Shown here in pieces: positions 53,674-61,587 of a stretch of DNA of 64,000 nt. Both the position numbers and the translations under genes were made by a program. How positions within the stretch are numbered: the stretch's first letter is position 1; each line of letters begins with the position of its first letter. The notes under the pieces are model-generated. The model made no database searches. It was not told where the DNA came from and saw nothing but the letters and a program-made list of their open reading frames with translations. Source of the stretch: Candidatus Latescibacterota bacterium (lineage in GTDB: Bacteria; Latescibacterota; UBA2968; UBA8231); the NCBI GenBank assembly GCA_965203175.1, contig OZ241867.1, forward strand, positions 3,552,001-3,616,000, given 5' to 3'.

Positions 53674-56466
53674 TTACCGCAGCAGGATGAGCTTGCGCGT
53701 CAAAACGCCTTCGGCTGATACCAGCCGATACAGATAGACGCCGCTGGCCAACAGGCGGCCCTCGCTGTCGCGGCCATCCCAAGCTAGCCGGTGGCGACCT
53801 GCTTGCCGCAGTTCTGTATTCAAGACCGCGATTCGTTGCCCTGACAGCGTGAAGACCTCTAAGCGCATCGGACCGGGGGTGAGCAGAAAGTAGGAGAACA
53901 CGGTCTGGCTGTTGAAGGGATTGGGCGCGTTCTGATACAATTGCGCGCCTTTCGGTAGGCCGATTAGTTCCTGTGCCAGCGCGAAGAGTTGATTCCGCTC
54001 CGACTCGTCAGCCGCCTCAGCGAAGAGGAAGAAGTCGGCGAAATCCACCGTGCCGTTGGCGTCGAGATCAAAGCGGAGGTCGCTGCTGCCGAAGGCATCG
54101 GCGAACAGGGAAAAGTCGGTGAGTGTATCGTTGATGAGCGTGGCGATAGGCGGCCTTCCTAACGCATTAAAGATTTCTGCAACAAGTCCAGTGGCAGATA
54201 CCCGAACTATGTTGGTTCCCGGGTCTGGACCGAGTGTGAGCGCACTCTGTGCTCGGCCGTTGGCATCGGTGGTTGTATTGTCAACCGTTAGCGTTCCATC
54301 GCCTCGGGTAACAGTAAAGGCGACTTGAACACCTTGTAGGGGGGCACCGTGTTGATCTCTGACTTCGACGACCAATGGATTGGCTAATGGCTCGTTAGTA
54401 GCCCCTTGCTGATGATCGCCTGAGATTTTCACGATCGTCTGCGGACGGGGCTGTGTCCGCTTGGATAGATCCCACAACTTGACTGTGCCGTCGAATGAAG
54501 CCGAAGCGAGCAGTGATCCATCAGGAGCAAAAGACATCGAAGAAACCCAATCCGTATGCCCAACCAGCGTCTCGACCTTTCCGCCGGTGGCGACGTCCAA
54601 TACGCGAACTGTGCCGTCGAATGAAGTCGAAGCGATCCGCGACCCATCGGGGGCAAAAACCATTGAAGAACTCCATTCTGTAAACCTACCCCGCGTTTCG
54701 ACCATTTCGCCGGTGGCGACATCCCATACGCGAACCGTGCCTTCAAGCGGGTCGAAAGTCAGTAGGGTACCGTCGGGAGCAAAGGCCACCGCGTGGACCC
54801 ACCAGCCCGGATGCTCAACTAGCGTCGAAACCATTTCGCCAGTGGCGACGTTCCATACCTTGACTGTGCCGTCGGATGAGGCCGAAGCGATCAGCGACCC
54901 ATCGGGAGCAAAAGCCACCGATTCGACCCAATCCGTATGCCCAATCAGCGTCTCTACATTTTCGCCGGTTTCGATGTCCCAGACGAAGACTCGACCGTCC
55001 CCTGCCCCAGCAGCGAGCAGGGTGCCGTCCGGGGAAAAGGCCACCGCACGGGCTCTATCTCTGTGTATAGCTAACGTCTCTACATTTTCGTCGGTTTCGA
55101 CGTCCCACACGAAGACTCGACCGTCGGATGAACCCGAAGCGAGCAGGGTGCCGTCCGGGGAAAAGGCCACCGCGAGAACTCCCGTATGCCCAACCAGCGT
55201 TGCGACCATTTCGCCAGTAGCGACATCCCACACGAAGGTTAGGCCGTTCACTGTCCCGGAAGCAATCAGCGACCCGTCGGGAGAAAAGGCTACCGCAGCA
55301 ACTCCATACATATGCTCAAGCGTGGCGATATCGCTGCTCACCGTCGCGACATCCCATAGCGTAAAAAACCTCCAAGTAGAATTTCCGTTAGTATCAACCA
55401 CATATACAGAAATCGGATGTACAATAGGCTCGGAAAGACTCGTGCTTACGGCAGAAGGAATGACGCCGTCATAATCGAAGGTAACGACGGCTTCTTTTTC
55501 ACCCGCGAATCCACGCCACTCCTTTACTTCATAATGTCCGGCAGCGAAATGTGGTGGTACTGTTTGAGCGAACAGGATCGCCTGATGAAGCCCCTCTGAA
55601 TCACTGACTTTGAGTTGAACTTGGACGCTCTTTGCATCTGTCGGATAGGTCTGCGGCGAACTGAGCTCGATGGTTGGCCGCCGTATCCATGCTGTATTGA
55701 CATTGGGATTGAAGTAAGGATGCACGGCCAAAAATTCGGCATGGCACATAGATAGAGCGTCCGGTTGACGGCCGTACGACATGATGTACGCATCGTCGCG
55801 GAAGTCGTGCTGCAATCCGAAGGCATGGCCAAGCTCATGTGCAGTCACGACCCAACCACGTTCGCTCGGAACTAAGGCGGTTTCGCTCGGAAATAAGACG
55901 AATCCGCCATTCCACCGATTTGTTCCCACGCCACCCGCCCTCCTGCCCCTCGTACCTATACCTGCTATCCAACTAATGTCAGCAACGATCAAGTAAATGT
56001 TCTCCTCGATATCAAACGACTGTTCAACCTCGTCTAGCACAGTCCCGACTGTGTCGTCAAAATAGTGGGTTTGCGGGTATTGACCATCCACGCGGTGAAC
56101 GAGCGGTTCGCCCTCGGCGTCGGTTTCAAAGCGGAAGGTTGTGTTTCCAAGGCCATGCGCCTGCATCTGCTCGGCATAAAAGGTCTGAACTTGGCGAATC
56201 GTCGCTTTCATCGAATCGATCACGGACGCGCGAAATGGGCGGTCGTTAGGCAAGAAGTAAATCATCCGCACGGTGCGAGGTTCGCCAACGTCCAGACCAG
56301 TCGGCTTGCCAGCAGCGTAGGTAGTGCCGCGCTCGCGCTCGTAATCGAAGGGCAAACAGAAATGCACCTCATCCGACGACGAGGGAGAAGCATAGCTGAC
56401 GGTCGCCGACGATAAGAACAGACCGAGCGACGCGAAAAAGGCGAGCGGAAAAATGGGATTTTTCAT
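53674..56466 (-). CDS. Secreted multidomain protein: zincin metalloprotease, WD40 propeller, Ig-like, EF-hand/dockerin-like, FlgD-Ig C-terminus
   Basis: Signal peptide; HELGHAFGLQH with Met-turn; ~7 WD40 repeats; DLDANGTVDFADF; QNAPNPFN...SGVYLYRL. Confidence 0.85.
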   Translation of the reverse strand: MKNPIFPLAFFASLGLFLSSATVSYASPSSSDEVHFCLPFDYERERGTTYAAGKPTGLDVGEPRTVRMIYFLPNDRPFRASVIDSMKATIRQVQTFYAEQMQAHGLGNTTFRFETDAEGEPLVHRVDGQYPQTHYFDDTVGTVLDEVEQSFDIEENIYLIVADISWIAGIGTRGRRAGGVGTNRWNGGFVLFPSETALVPSERGWVVTAHELGHAFGLQHDFRDDAYIMSYGRQPDALSMCHAEFLAVHPYFNPNVNTAWIRRPTIELSSPQTYPTDAKSVQVQLKVSDSEGLHQAILFAQTVPPHFAAGHYEVKEWRGFAGEKEAVVTFDYDGVIPSAVSTSLSEPIVHPISVYVVDTNGNSTWRFFTLWDVATVSSDIATLEHMYGVAAVAFSPDGSLIASGTVNGLTFVWDVATGEMVATLVGHTGVLAVAFSPDGTLLASGSSDGRVFVWDVETDENVETLAIHRDRARAVAFSPDGTLLAAGAGDGRVFVWDIETGENVETLIGHTDWVESVAFAPDGSLIASASSDGTVKVWNVATGEMVSTLVEHPGWWVHAVAFAPDGTLLTFDPLEGTVRVWDVATGEMVETRGRFTEWSSSMVFAPDGSRIASTSFDGTVRVLDVATGGKVETLVGHTDWVSSMSFAPDGSLLASASFDGTVKLWDLSKRTQPRPQTIVKISGDHQQGATNEPLANPLVVEVRDQHGAPLQGVQVAFTVTRGDGTLTVDNTTTDANGRAQSALTLGPDPGTNIVRVSATGLVAEIFNALGRPPIATLINDTLTDFSLFADAFGSSDLRFDLDANGTVDFADFFLFAEAADESERNQLFALAQELIGLPKGAQLYQNAPNPFNSQTVFSYFLLTPGPMRLEVFTLSGQRIAVLNTELRQAGRHRLAWDGRDSEGRLLASGVYLYRLVSAEGVLTRKLILLR
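54466..55325 (-). repeat. Intragenic ~126-bp WD40 tandem repeats
   Basis: Recurring GHT.WV..VAF.PDG.L.AS...DG.V.VWDV.TG visible at DNA level. Confidence 0.9.
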
Positions 56467-56654
56467 TGGTTGAAGCCCGTTTGTTACGAGTGATGATCGT
56501 GCAGGGATGGCCTCCACCGGATCGCCTGCGACTCCCAAGGGGCGAGTCGGTGGTGGACTTTGGCCCTTGTGCAGACTCTCTCAAAGGGGAGTGGTTCCTG
56601 TGGCTCCCTACGGGACTGCTGGCTATGTCCGGGATTGCTTATAACCGCTGAAAA

Positions 56655-57902
56655 TCAGCGATACAGTTGGCCGTGGTCGTCAAACGCCATCTCGGCCAGC
56701 GCGCCGGTTTGCTCTAGGTCGGGATGGTCGCCGAACTCTCGCAGCAGGCTGGCGGATAGGTGGATGTGGCCGATGTCGAGGGTGTTTTTGATACGGACGA
56801 CGCGCGCCTGTTCAGGGCGGGCGAGGTTTTGCACCGAGAGCGCGGCCTCAATGGCCGCGCTCTCGGTTTCCATGACGACGGGGATGTACGCGCGATTGAG
56901 GAAGGTGGAGGTGAACACATTGGCGTACGTGGACTTGAAGTCGATGCGCTCGTACAGGCGGCGGGTGATGATGTCGGCGAGGCCGACGCCGTTGGCGTTG
57001 CCGTGGGTTTCGTCGGTTAGGTCGAGCACCACGATCCGGGCCACGCCCGGGGACTCCGGCTCTTTGACGCCGGGCAGGAGCATGCGGCCGACGACGTTGG
57101 TGTCCATGCCCGTGCCCGAAATATTCTTGCCGATTTGTTCGATGATCAGCAGGTCAATGCCTTGGACGAAGAGGCGGGGCATGGAGCGCCGCGCTTCCTC
57201 CAAAAGCTGCGGCTCGCGGCTTTGGAACTGACCGGGTTGCAGGGCCTCGACGCGGAGGGTCTCTTCATAGGCATTTTCGACGAGGGCCACACCCATGAGG
57301 ATCGGCGCTTTGTCGAGGATGCAGCGGCCCCAAGCCGGGATCAGGCGGGCGAGGCTTTCGGCACCTCCGGCGTGGGCGATGGTCGCGCCTTTGTGGCTGC
57401 CTAGGCCAATGGTCATCATCTTCATCAGACCGCTTTCAAAGGGGCCGCGAAAGGAAGTGTGCGGCTTGATGCGGTTGATGAGTACCACGCCATCGGCTTC
57501 GGTGGCGAGCCGGTTGAGCAGCACGGGGGTGCCGTCGTCGAGTTGGGCGACCTCGATGACGTCCATGGTCGCCTCGACCGGGCAGCCCATGCTCTCGGCG
57601 TCGAGACCGTAACCGGCTAGCACCTGCTTTTGGCCTTCGGCGGTAGCGCCGCCGTGACTGCCCATAGCCGGCAGCAGGAAGGGCTTGCCGCCGGCCTCTT
57701 TGACGCAGTCGATGACCGTGCGGGTGATGAGCGGGATATTGGCGATGCCGCGGCTGCCGCCCGTAACGGCGATCCGCGCGCCGGGAGCGATGGCATCGGC
57801 TAGGCCGGCACTCGCTAGCTGACGGCGGACTTCGCCGGCCACGTCGGCGAGCGAGTCGCTGGCAAAGTGCTGCTTGACGGGGGCCATTTGCGGTAGTTGC
57901 AC
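56655..57902 (-). CDS. LarA-like (lactate racemase domain / DUF2088-DUF362) protein
   Basis: GSRGIANI, PAMGSHGGATAEGQ, NRIKPHT, GKNISGTGMD. Confidence 0.85.
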   Translation of the reverse strand: MQLPQMAPVKQHFASDSLADVAGEVRRQLASAGLADAIAPGARIAVTGGSRGIANIPLITRTVIDCVKEAGGKPFLLPAMGSHGGATAEGQKQVLAGYGLDAESMGCPVEATMDVIEVAQLDDGTPVLLNRLATEADGVVLINRIKPHTSFRGPFESGLMKMMTIGLGSHKGATIAHAGGAESLARLIPAWGRCILDKAPILMGVALVENAYEETLRVEALQPGQFQSREPQLLEEARRSMPRLFVQGIDLLIIEQIGKNISGTGMDTNVVGRMLLPGVKEPESPGVARIVVLDLTDETHGNANGVGLADIITRRLYERIDFKSTYANVFTSTFLNRAYIPVVMETESAAIEAALSVQNLARPEQARVVRIKNTLDIGHIHLSASLLREFGDHPDLEQTGALAEMAFDDHGQLYR

Positions 57903-57913
57903 AGTAGGTACCT

Positions 57914-58483
57914 CTAGGCTTGGCCGACTAGGGCGGTGCGCAGGCGCTGGGCGCGCTCGAGAATCGGCAGGGCCGGTTTGGGCACCGGCTCGGTAGCCGG
58001 GGCGATTTTCCAGATAAAGACGACCGGGCCTTCTTCCGCAAAGTGCTGGTCGAGCTTGGCGTCGAAATCGTCGTCGGTGTCGATGGTATAGACGCGCTGA
58101 AGGCCGGCCCCACGGCAGATTTGCTCGTAGTCGATAAAGGCGGCACCGGGCACGGGCTGACTGCCGGTGACTTCGTACGTGCCGTTTTCCGTGATGATGA
58201 AGGTTAGATTGGGGGCCGGACGCTGGGCCAAGGTGACGAGGACGCCCAGCGACATCAGGGTGCTGCCGTCGCCGTTAATGCACAAGACCCGGCGCTCGGG
58301 CTGGGCAATGGCCAAGCCCAGCGCAAAGTCGGCGGCGTGGCCCATGGCGCTTTCGACGTGGGCAAAGTCTAGCGGGCCGTCGGAGTGCGCGGCCCAAGGC
58401 ATGGCCACGCTCATGGTGGTGACCACGACTTCGTCCGTGCGCTTGGCGGCTAGTTTTTCGAGGCAGGTGTATTTGTCGAGCAT
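57914..58483 (-). CDS. ThDP enzyme beta subunit (ComE / sulfopyruvate decarboxylase-like)
   Basis: SAMG, GDGSTLMSLG ... ENGTYEVTGSQP. Confidence 0.8.
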   Translation of the reverse strand: MLDKYTCLEKLAAKRTDEVVVTTMSVAMPWAAHSDGPLDFAHVESAMGHAADFALGLAIAQPERRVLCINGDGSTLMSLGVLVTLAQRPAPNLTFIITENGTYEVTGSQPVPGAAFIDYEQICRGAGLQRVYTIDTDDDFDAKLDQHFAEEGPVVFIWKIAPATEPVPKPALPILERAQRLRTALVGQA

Positions 58484-58484
58484 C

Positions 58485-58979
58485 TTATGCAGTCTCCGCG
58501 ACCAGCAGCACAGCGGTTGGCAGCGAGGTCTCTTGGGCCTTGGCGAACGCGGCGTCAAGCTGGCCGCAGTCGTCGTCGGTGTGCATGGCGGTGTAGGGGA
58601 TGTTCCAAGCCTTGAGCGTTGGCTCGAAGAAGGTGGCGGCCGTATCGACGCGGGGGGCACCTGGGGTCATGGTTGCGTAGCCGCGGTAGCCGACGAGCAT
58701 GACGAGGGGAATGCCCATGTTGTAGGCCGTGCCGCGCAAGGCGTCGCCGGCCTCCAAAAAGCCCGTATTCTGGATCAGCACCAGCGGATGGGCACCGCCC
58801 AAATACAGGCCGGAGGCCAAGCCGTACGCCTCGCCTTCGCGGCTGGTGAGGATTACTTCGATGGTGTCGTGGTCCCACAGGCGCTCGTACAGGACGCACG
58901 AGCCATTGTCCGGGACTCCTAATACGTGCGTAATGCCGTGTCGTTCGAGGGCGGCGATGATCTTGGCGGCGCTGATCAC
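58485..58979 (-). CDS. ThDP enzyme alpha subunit (ComD-like)
   Basis: GVPD, SREGEAYGLASG, IQNTG, VGYRG. Confidence 0.8.
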   Translation of the reverse strand: MISAAKIIAALERHGITHVLGVPDNGSCVLYERLWDHDTIEVILTSREGEAYGLASGLYLGGAHPLVLIQNTGFLEAGDALRGTAYNMGIPLVMLVGYRGYATMTPGAPRVDTAATFFEPTLKAWNIPYTAMHTDDDCGQLDAAFAKAQETSLPTAVLLVAETA

Positions 58980-58983
58980 GGGA

Positions 58984-60180
58984 CTACTCGGCGAAGATCG
59001 CACGGGTGGCGATGCCGCTCTGATGGCCTTCCTGTTGGATGCCGCCGATAAACTGAGCGGTGCGGCCAGCCGGGGCAGTGCCGGCGTAGTACGCGCTGAA
59101 GGACTCGTTGAAGGCGACCAATCCAGCGCGATTTTGCGCGGAGTCGGGACCGGCGACGATGTACGCGTTGTTGAAGACGCCGTCCTCTTTGAGACCTGCG
59201 CCTCCGGCTTCCTTGATCCGGGCATCGAGCGTGCCGAGCTGTTGGCCGGCGTCGCTGCCGCCGACGGCTGAGACGTGGACTTCGCGCACGCCGTGATGGC
59301 GCAAGCCCGCCCAAGTCGAGAAACCGTCTTCGGTCTGCTCCGAGCGCACGATTTCGACTTCGCCGGAGACCACGCGCGGCTGCGGCTCGACGATGCCGTC
59401 GAGGTTGGGGATCCGCGACACCGGGTAAATCAGGCCGGCGGGCCGGTCGTCGCCGTAGTAGTCCGCAAAGACTTGGCGAGTGGTCTCGATGCGCTCCCAA
59501 GTTTTGTCTGGCGCGTCGTCCACGGCCACGAGGATCTCCATAAATACGGTCTGCTTTTTGAAGTCAACGCCTTGCTCGGCAAAGGGCTTGGCGTATTGCT
59601 CTTCGAGGACGAAGCACATTTCTTCGGCTAGGTCGTCGCCGAGCGTGGTGATCATTTCGCCGTCCCGCTGGTGCATGACCGAGGCACCCGAAGGCTGGTG
59701 ATCGACCCAAGTGCCGTAGTCGATTGTGCCACCGCTGATGGAGATGGTCTCGCCAGCACAGGCTTTGATCTGGATCTCGAAGAGGGCCGCTGGGTCTGGG
59801 AAGCCTTCCGGGTGAGTAAAGCGGGCCATGCGGTTGGAACGCATGGGGCCGCCGGTGACGGCTGCGATCATGGCTCCGTAGCAGGCGTTGAAGTCGTTTT
59901 TGCGCTGGTCGCACTCGTCGCGGTCCGCAGAAGGGGTGGTCCACAGGACGTCGGTCTTGTACACGTCGGACCAATGGACGCCGCAAATTTCGAGGCCCTT
60001 GTTGAGGTTTTCAATGGTGCCGAACCACTCCGAGCCAACGTCGTTGGCGTATTGGGTGCCGACGTTGCCCGAAGGCTCGACTAGGCGCACGACGTGGCCA
60101 TTGTCGTCGGTGATGATCACTTCGGTGGGGTTGGAAAAAATGGCGATGGGGTTGTGGCGAACGATATTGACTTGGGCCAT
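58984..60180 (-). CDS. Protein with three tandem Rid/YjgF-like domains
   Basis: Three repeats of L...G.....V....V.....FN..Y.....P.R....EI pattern in 398 aa; SD GAGGAG. Confidence 0.6.
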   Translation of the reverse strand: MAQVNIVRHNPIAIFSNPTEVIITDDNGHVVRLVEPSGNVGTQYANDVGSEWFGTIENLNKGLEICGVHWSDVYKTDVLWTTPSADRDECDQRKNDFNACYGAMIAAVTGGPMRSNRMARFTHPEGFPDPAALFEIQIKACAGETISISGGTIDYGTWVDHQPSGASVMHQRDGEMITTLGDDLAEEMCFVLEEQYAKPFAEQGVDFKKQTVFMEILVAVDDAPDKTWERIETTRQVFADYYGDDRPAGLIYPVSRIPNLDGIVEPQPRVVSGEVEIVRSEQTEDGFSTWAGLRHHGVREVHVSAVGGSDAGQQLGTLDARIKEAGGAGLKEDGVFNNAYIVAGPDSAQNRAGLVAFNESFSAYYAGTAPAGRTAQFIGGIQQEGHQSGIATRAIFAE

Positions 60181-60271
60181 GAGCTCCTCGGTCGATTTTG
60201 TGAAAGGTTGCCGCGAATTATATTGCAAAAAAATAGGCGGTCTGCCGACAATAGACAATAGGGAGGGGCAG

Positions 60272-60952
60272 ATGTCCACCTGCGCCGTGCTCTTTGCCAA
60301 AAAACCAGCCCCTGGAGCGGTCAAAACCCGACTCCAGAGCCATTTGAGTGCCCATGACGCCGCGCGTCTGTACGAGGCCCTGCTGCTGGATTGCGCCACT
60401 GTGCTGCACGCGACAACGGCCGCCGTCAAAGTTGTGGCCTTTGCCCCGGCTGATGCCGAAGAAGCCCTGCGCACCTTGTTGACTCCGATCGGCGTCTTCG
60501 AGTACGTGCCGCAGTTAGGAGCCGATTTAGGACAGCGGATGGAGGGCCTGATGCAGTGGGCCTTTGCGCGGGGGGCCGAGCGGGTGGTTCTCGTCGGCTC
60601 GGACAGCCCTTCTCTGCCGGTCGCGTACATCGACGAAGGGCTGGCGCTCTTGCGCGAGAAGGAAGTGGTCTTGGGTCCGAGCATGGACGGCGGCTATTAC
60701 TTGGTGGGCCGACGCAAAGGGGAGAGCCGGATATTCCAAGATGTGGCTTGGAGCACTGGGATGGTGCTCGAGCAAACCCTAGCGCGCTTGGGGACGCAAA
60801 CGCTCGGCCTGCTGCCGCCTTGGTACGATGTGGATACGCCGGCGGAGGCCGGGTTCCTAAAGGTGCATCTCGAAGCCTTGGCGCGGGCGGGCAGTACCCA
60901 AGGGCAGCATAGCTTGGCCGTGCTGCGCGACCTCGCGCTGCCGCTGCCCTAG
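60272..60952 (+). CDS. TIGR04282/DUF2064 glycosyltransferase-like (CofC-related) protein
   Basis: FAKKPAPGAVKTRL, DLGQRM, GSDSP, GPSMDGGYYL, DVDT. Confidence 0.88.
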   Translation: MSTCAVLFAKKPAPGAVKTRLQSHLSAHDAARLYEALLLDCATVLHATTAAVKVVAFAPADAEEALRTLLTPIGVFEYVPQLGADLGQRMEGLMQWAFARGAERVVLVGSDSPSLPVAYIDEGLALLREKEVVLGPSMDGGYYLVGRRKGESRIFQDVAWSTGMVLEQTLARLGTQTLGLLPPWYDVDTPAEAGFLKVHLEALARAGSTQGQHSLAVLRDLALPLP

Positions 60953-61587
60953 CGGTCGGCTTTCTTGCGGAACAAGGCTTCCCAGTGATCTAGTTCGCTG
61001 GGGTTGAGTGGTGGGTGAGATTCGGTGCCGTCGCGGTCAGTCGCAGTCGGCTCCTCGTCGGCTTTCTTGCGGAATAAGGTTTCCCAGTGATCTAGTTCGC
61101 CCGGATCTAAGGACGGATCGGCTTCGGTACCGTCGCGGTCGGGCGCAGGCGCGGGCGCGCTCGATGCCTGTACAGGTTCTGTAAGTTCCTCGATAAAATC
61201 CTCAGAACAGGTCGAGCGGATCTTGTGGCGCGCTGCGCTGCGCTGGACTGCGCGGTCCGAGCTGATGACCCGCAGCCACTTGGCACCGTGTTTTTTTTTG
61301 ACCGCCTGGGCGATTAGGTCATCGGCCTGCTGAGGGTAGCGCGAGAATTCTATGGTGACGTGTGGGCTGCTTGCACTCGCTGCGTTCGGCGATTCGCCAG
61401 TGCCGTCGTAGTACAGGGTAATGTGCTTGTCAGCGCGGCGGCTGTAGGCAGCGAGTGCCTGCTGCAAGCGGCCGCGCGCTCGTTCCAGCGTGTCGCCCCG
61501 GCCTTGGAAAAGCTGGCTCGCTTTGATGAGGTTGTAGCCGTCTATGAGCAGGTGTTCTTTCTTTGCCGACACCGCTGCCGTCCTCAC
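60949..61587 (-). CDS. NYN-domain (YacP-like) ribonuclease
   Basis: LLIDGYNL, YYDG, ADDLI, VISSD. Confidence 0.85.
   Translation of the reverse strand: MRTAAVSAKKEHLLIDGYNLIKASQLFQGRGDTLERARGRLQQALAAYSRRADKHITLYYDGTGESPNAASASSPHVTIEFSRYPQQADDLIAQAVKKKHGAKWLRVISSDRAVQRSAARHKIRSTCSEDFIEELTEPVQASSAPAPAPDRDGTEADPSLDPGELDHWETLFRKKADEEPTATDRDGTESHPPLNPSELDHWEALFRKKADR
60956..61140 (-). repeat. Two-copy 102-bp in-frame tandem repeat
   Basis: DRDGTE..P.L.P.ELDHWE.LFRKKAD twice. Confidence 0.9.

Noticed and set aside
54461-55474. 337-aa repetitive plus-strand ORF / CRISPR-like periodicity
   Set aside because: Antisense of the WD40 repeats; the units are in-frame coding with no unique spacers and no cas genes.
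56560-57231. 223-aa plus-strand ORF and similar long antisense ORFs over smc, tolC and ECF genes
   Set aside because: High-GC shadow frames opposite well-supported genes.
58984-60952. Long N-terminal extensions of the 566-aa and 354-aa ORFs
   Set aside because: They overlap each other head to head; SD-supported starts are at 60180 (-) and 60272 (+).
60272-60952. Arsenosugar biosynthesis cluster
   Set aside because: Only the TIGR04282-type gene is present; no radical SAM or arsenite methyltransferase partner is nearby.
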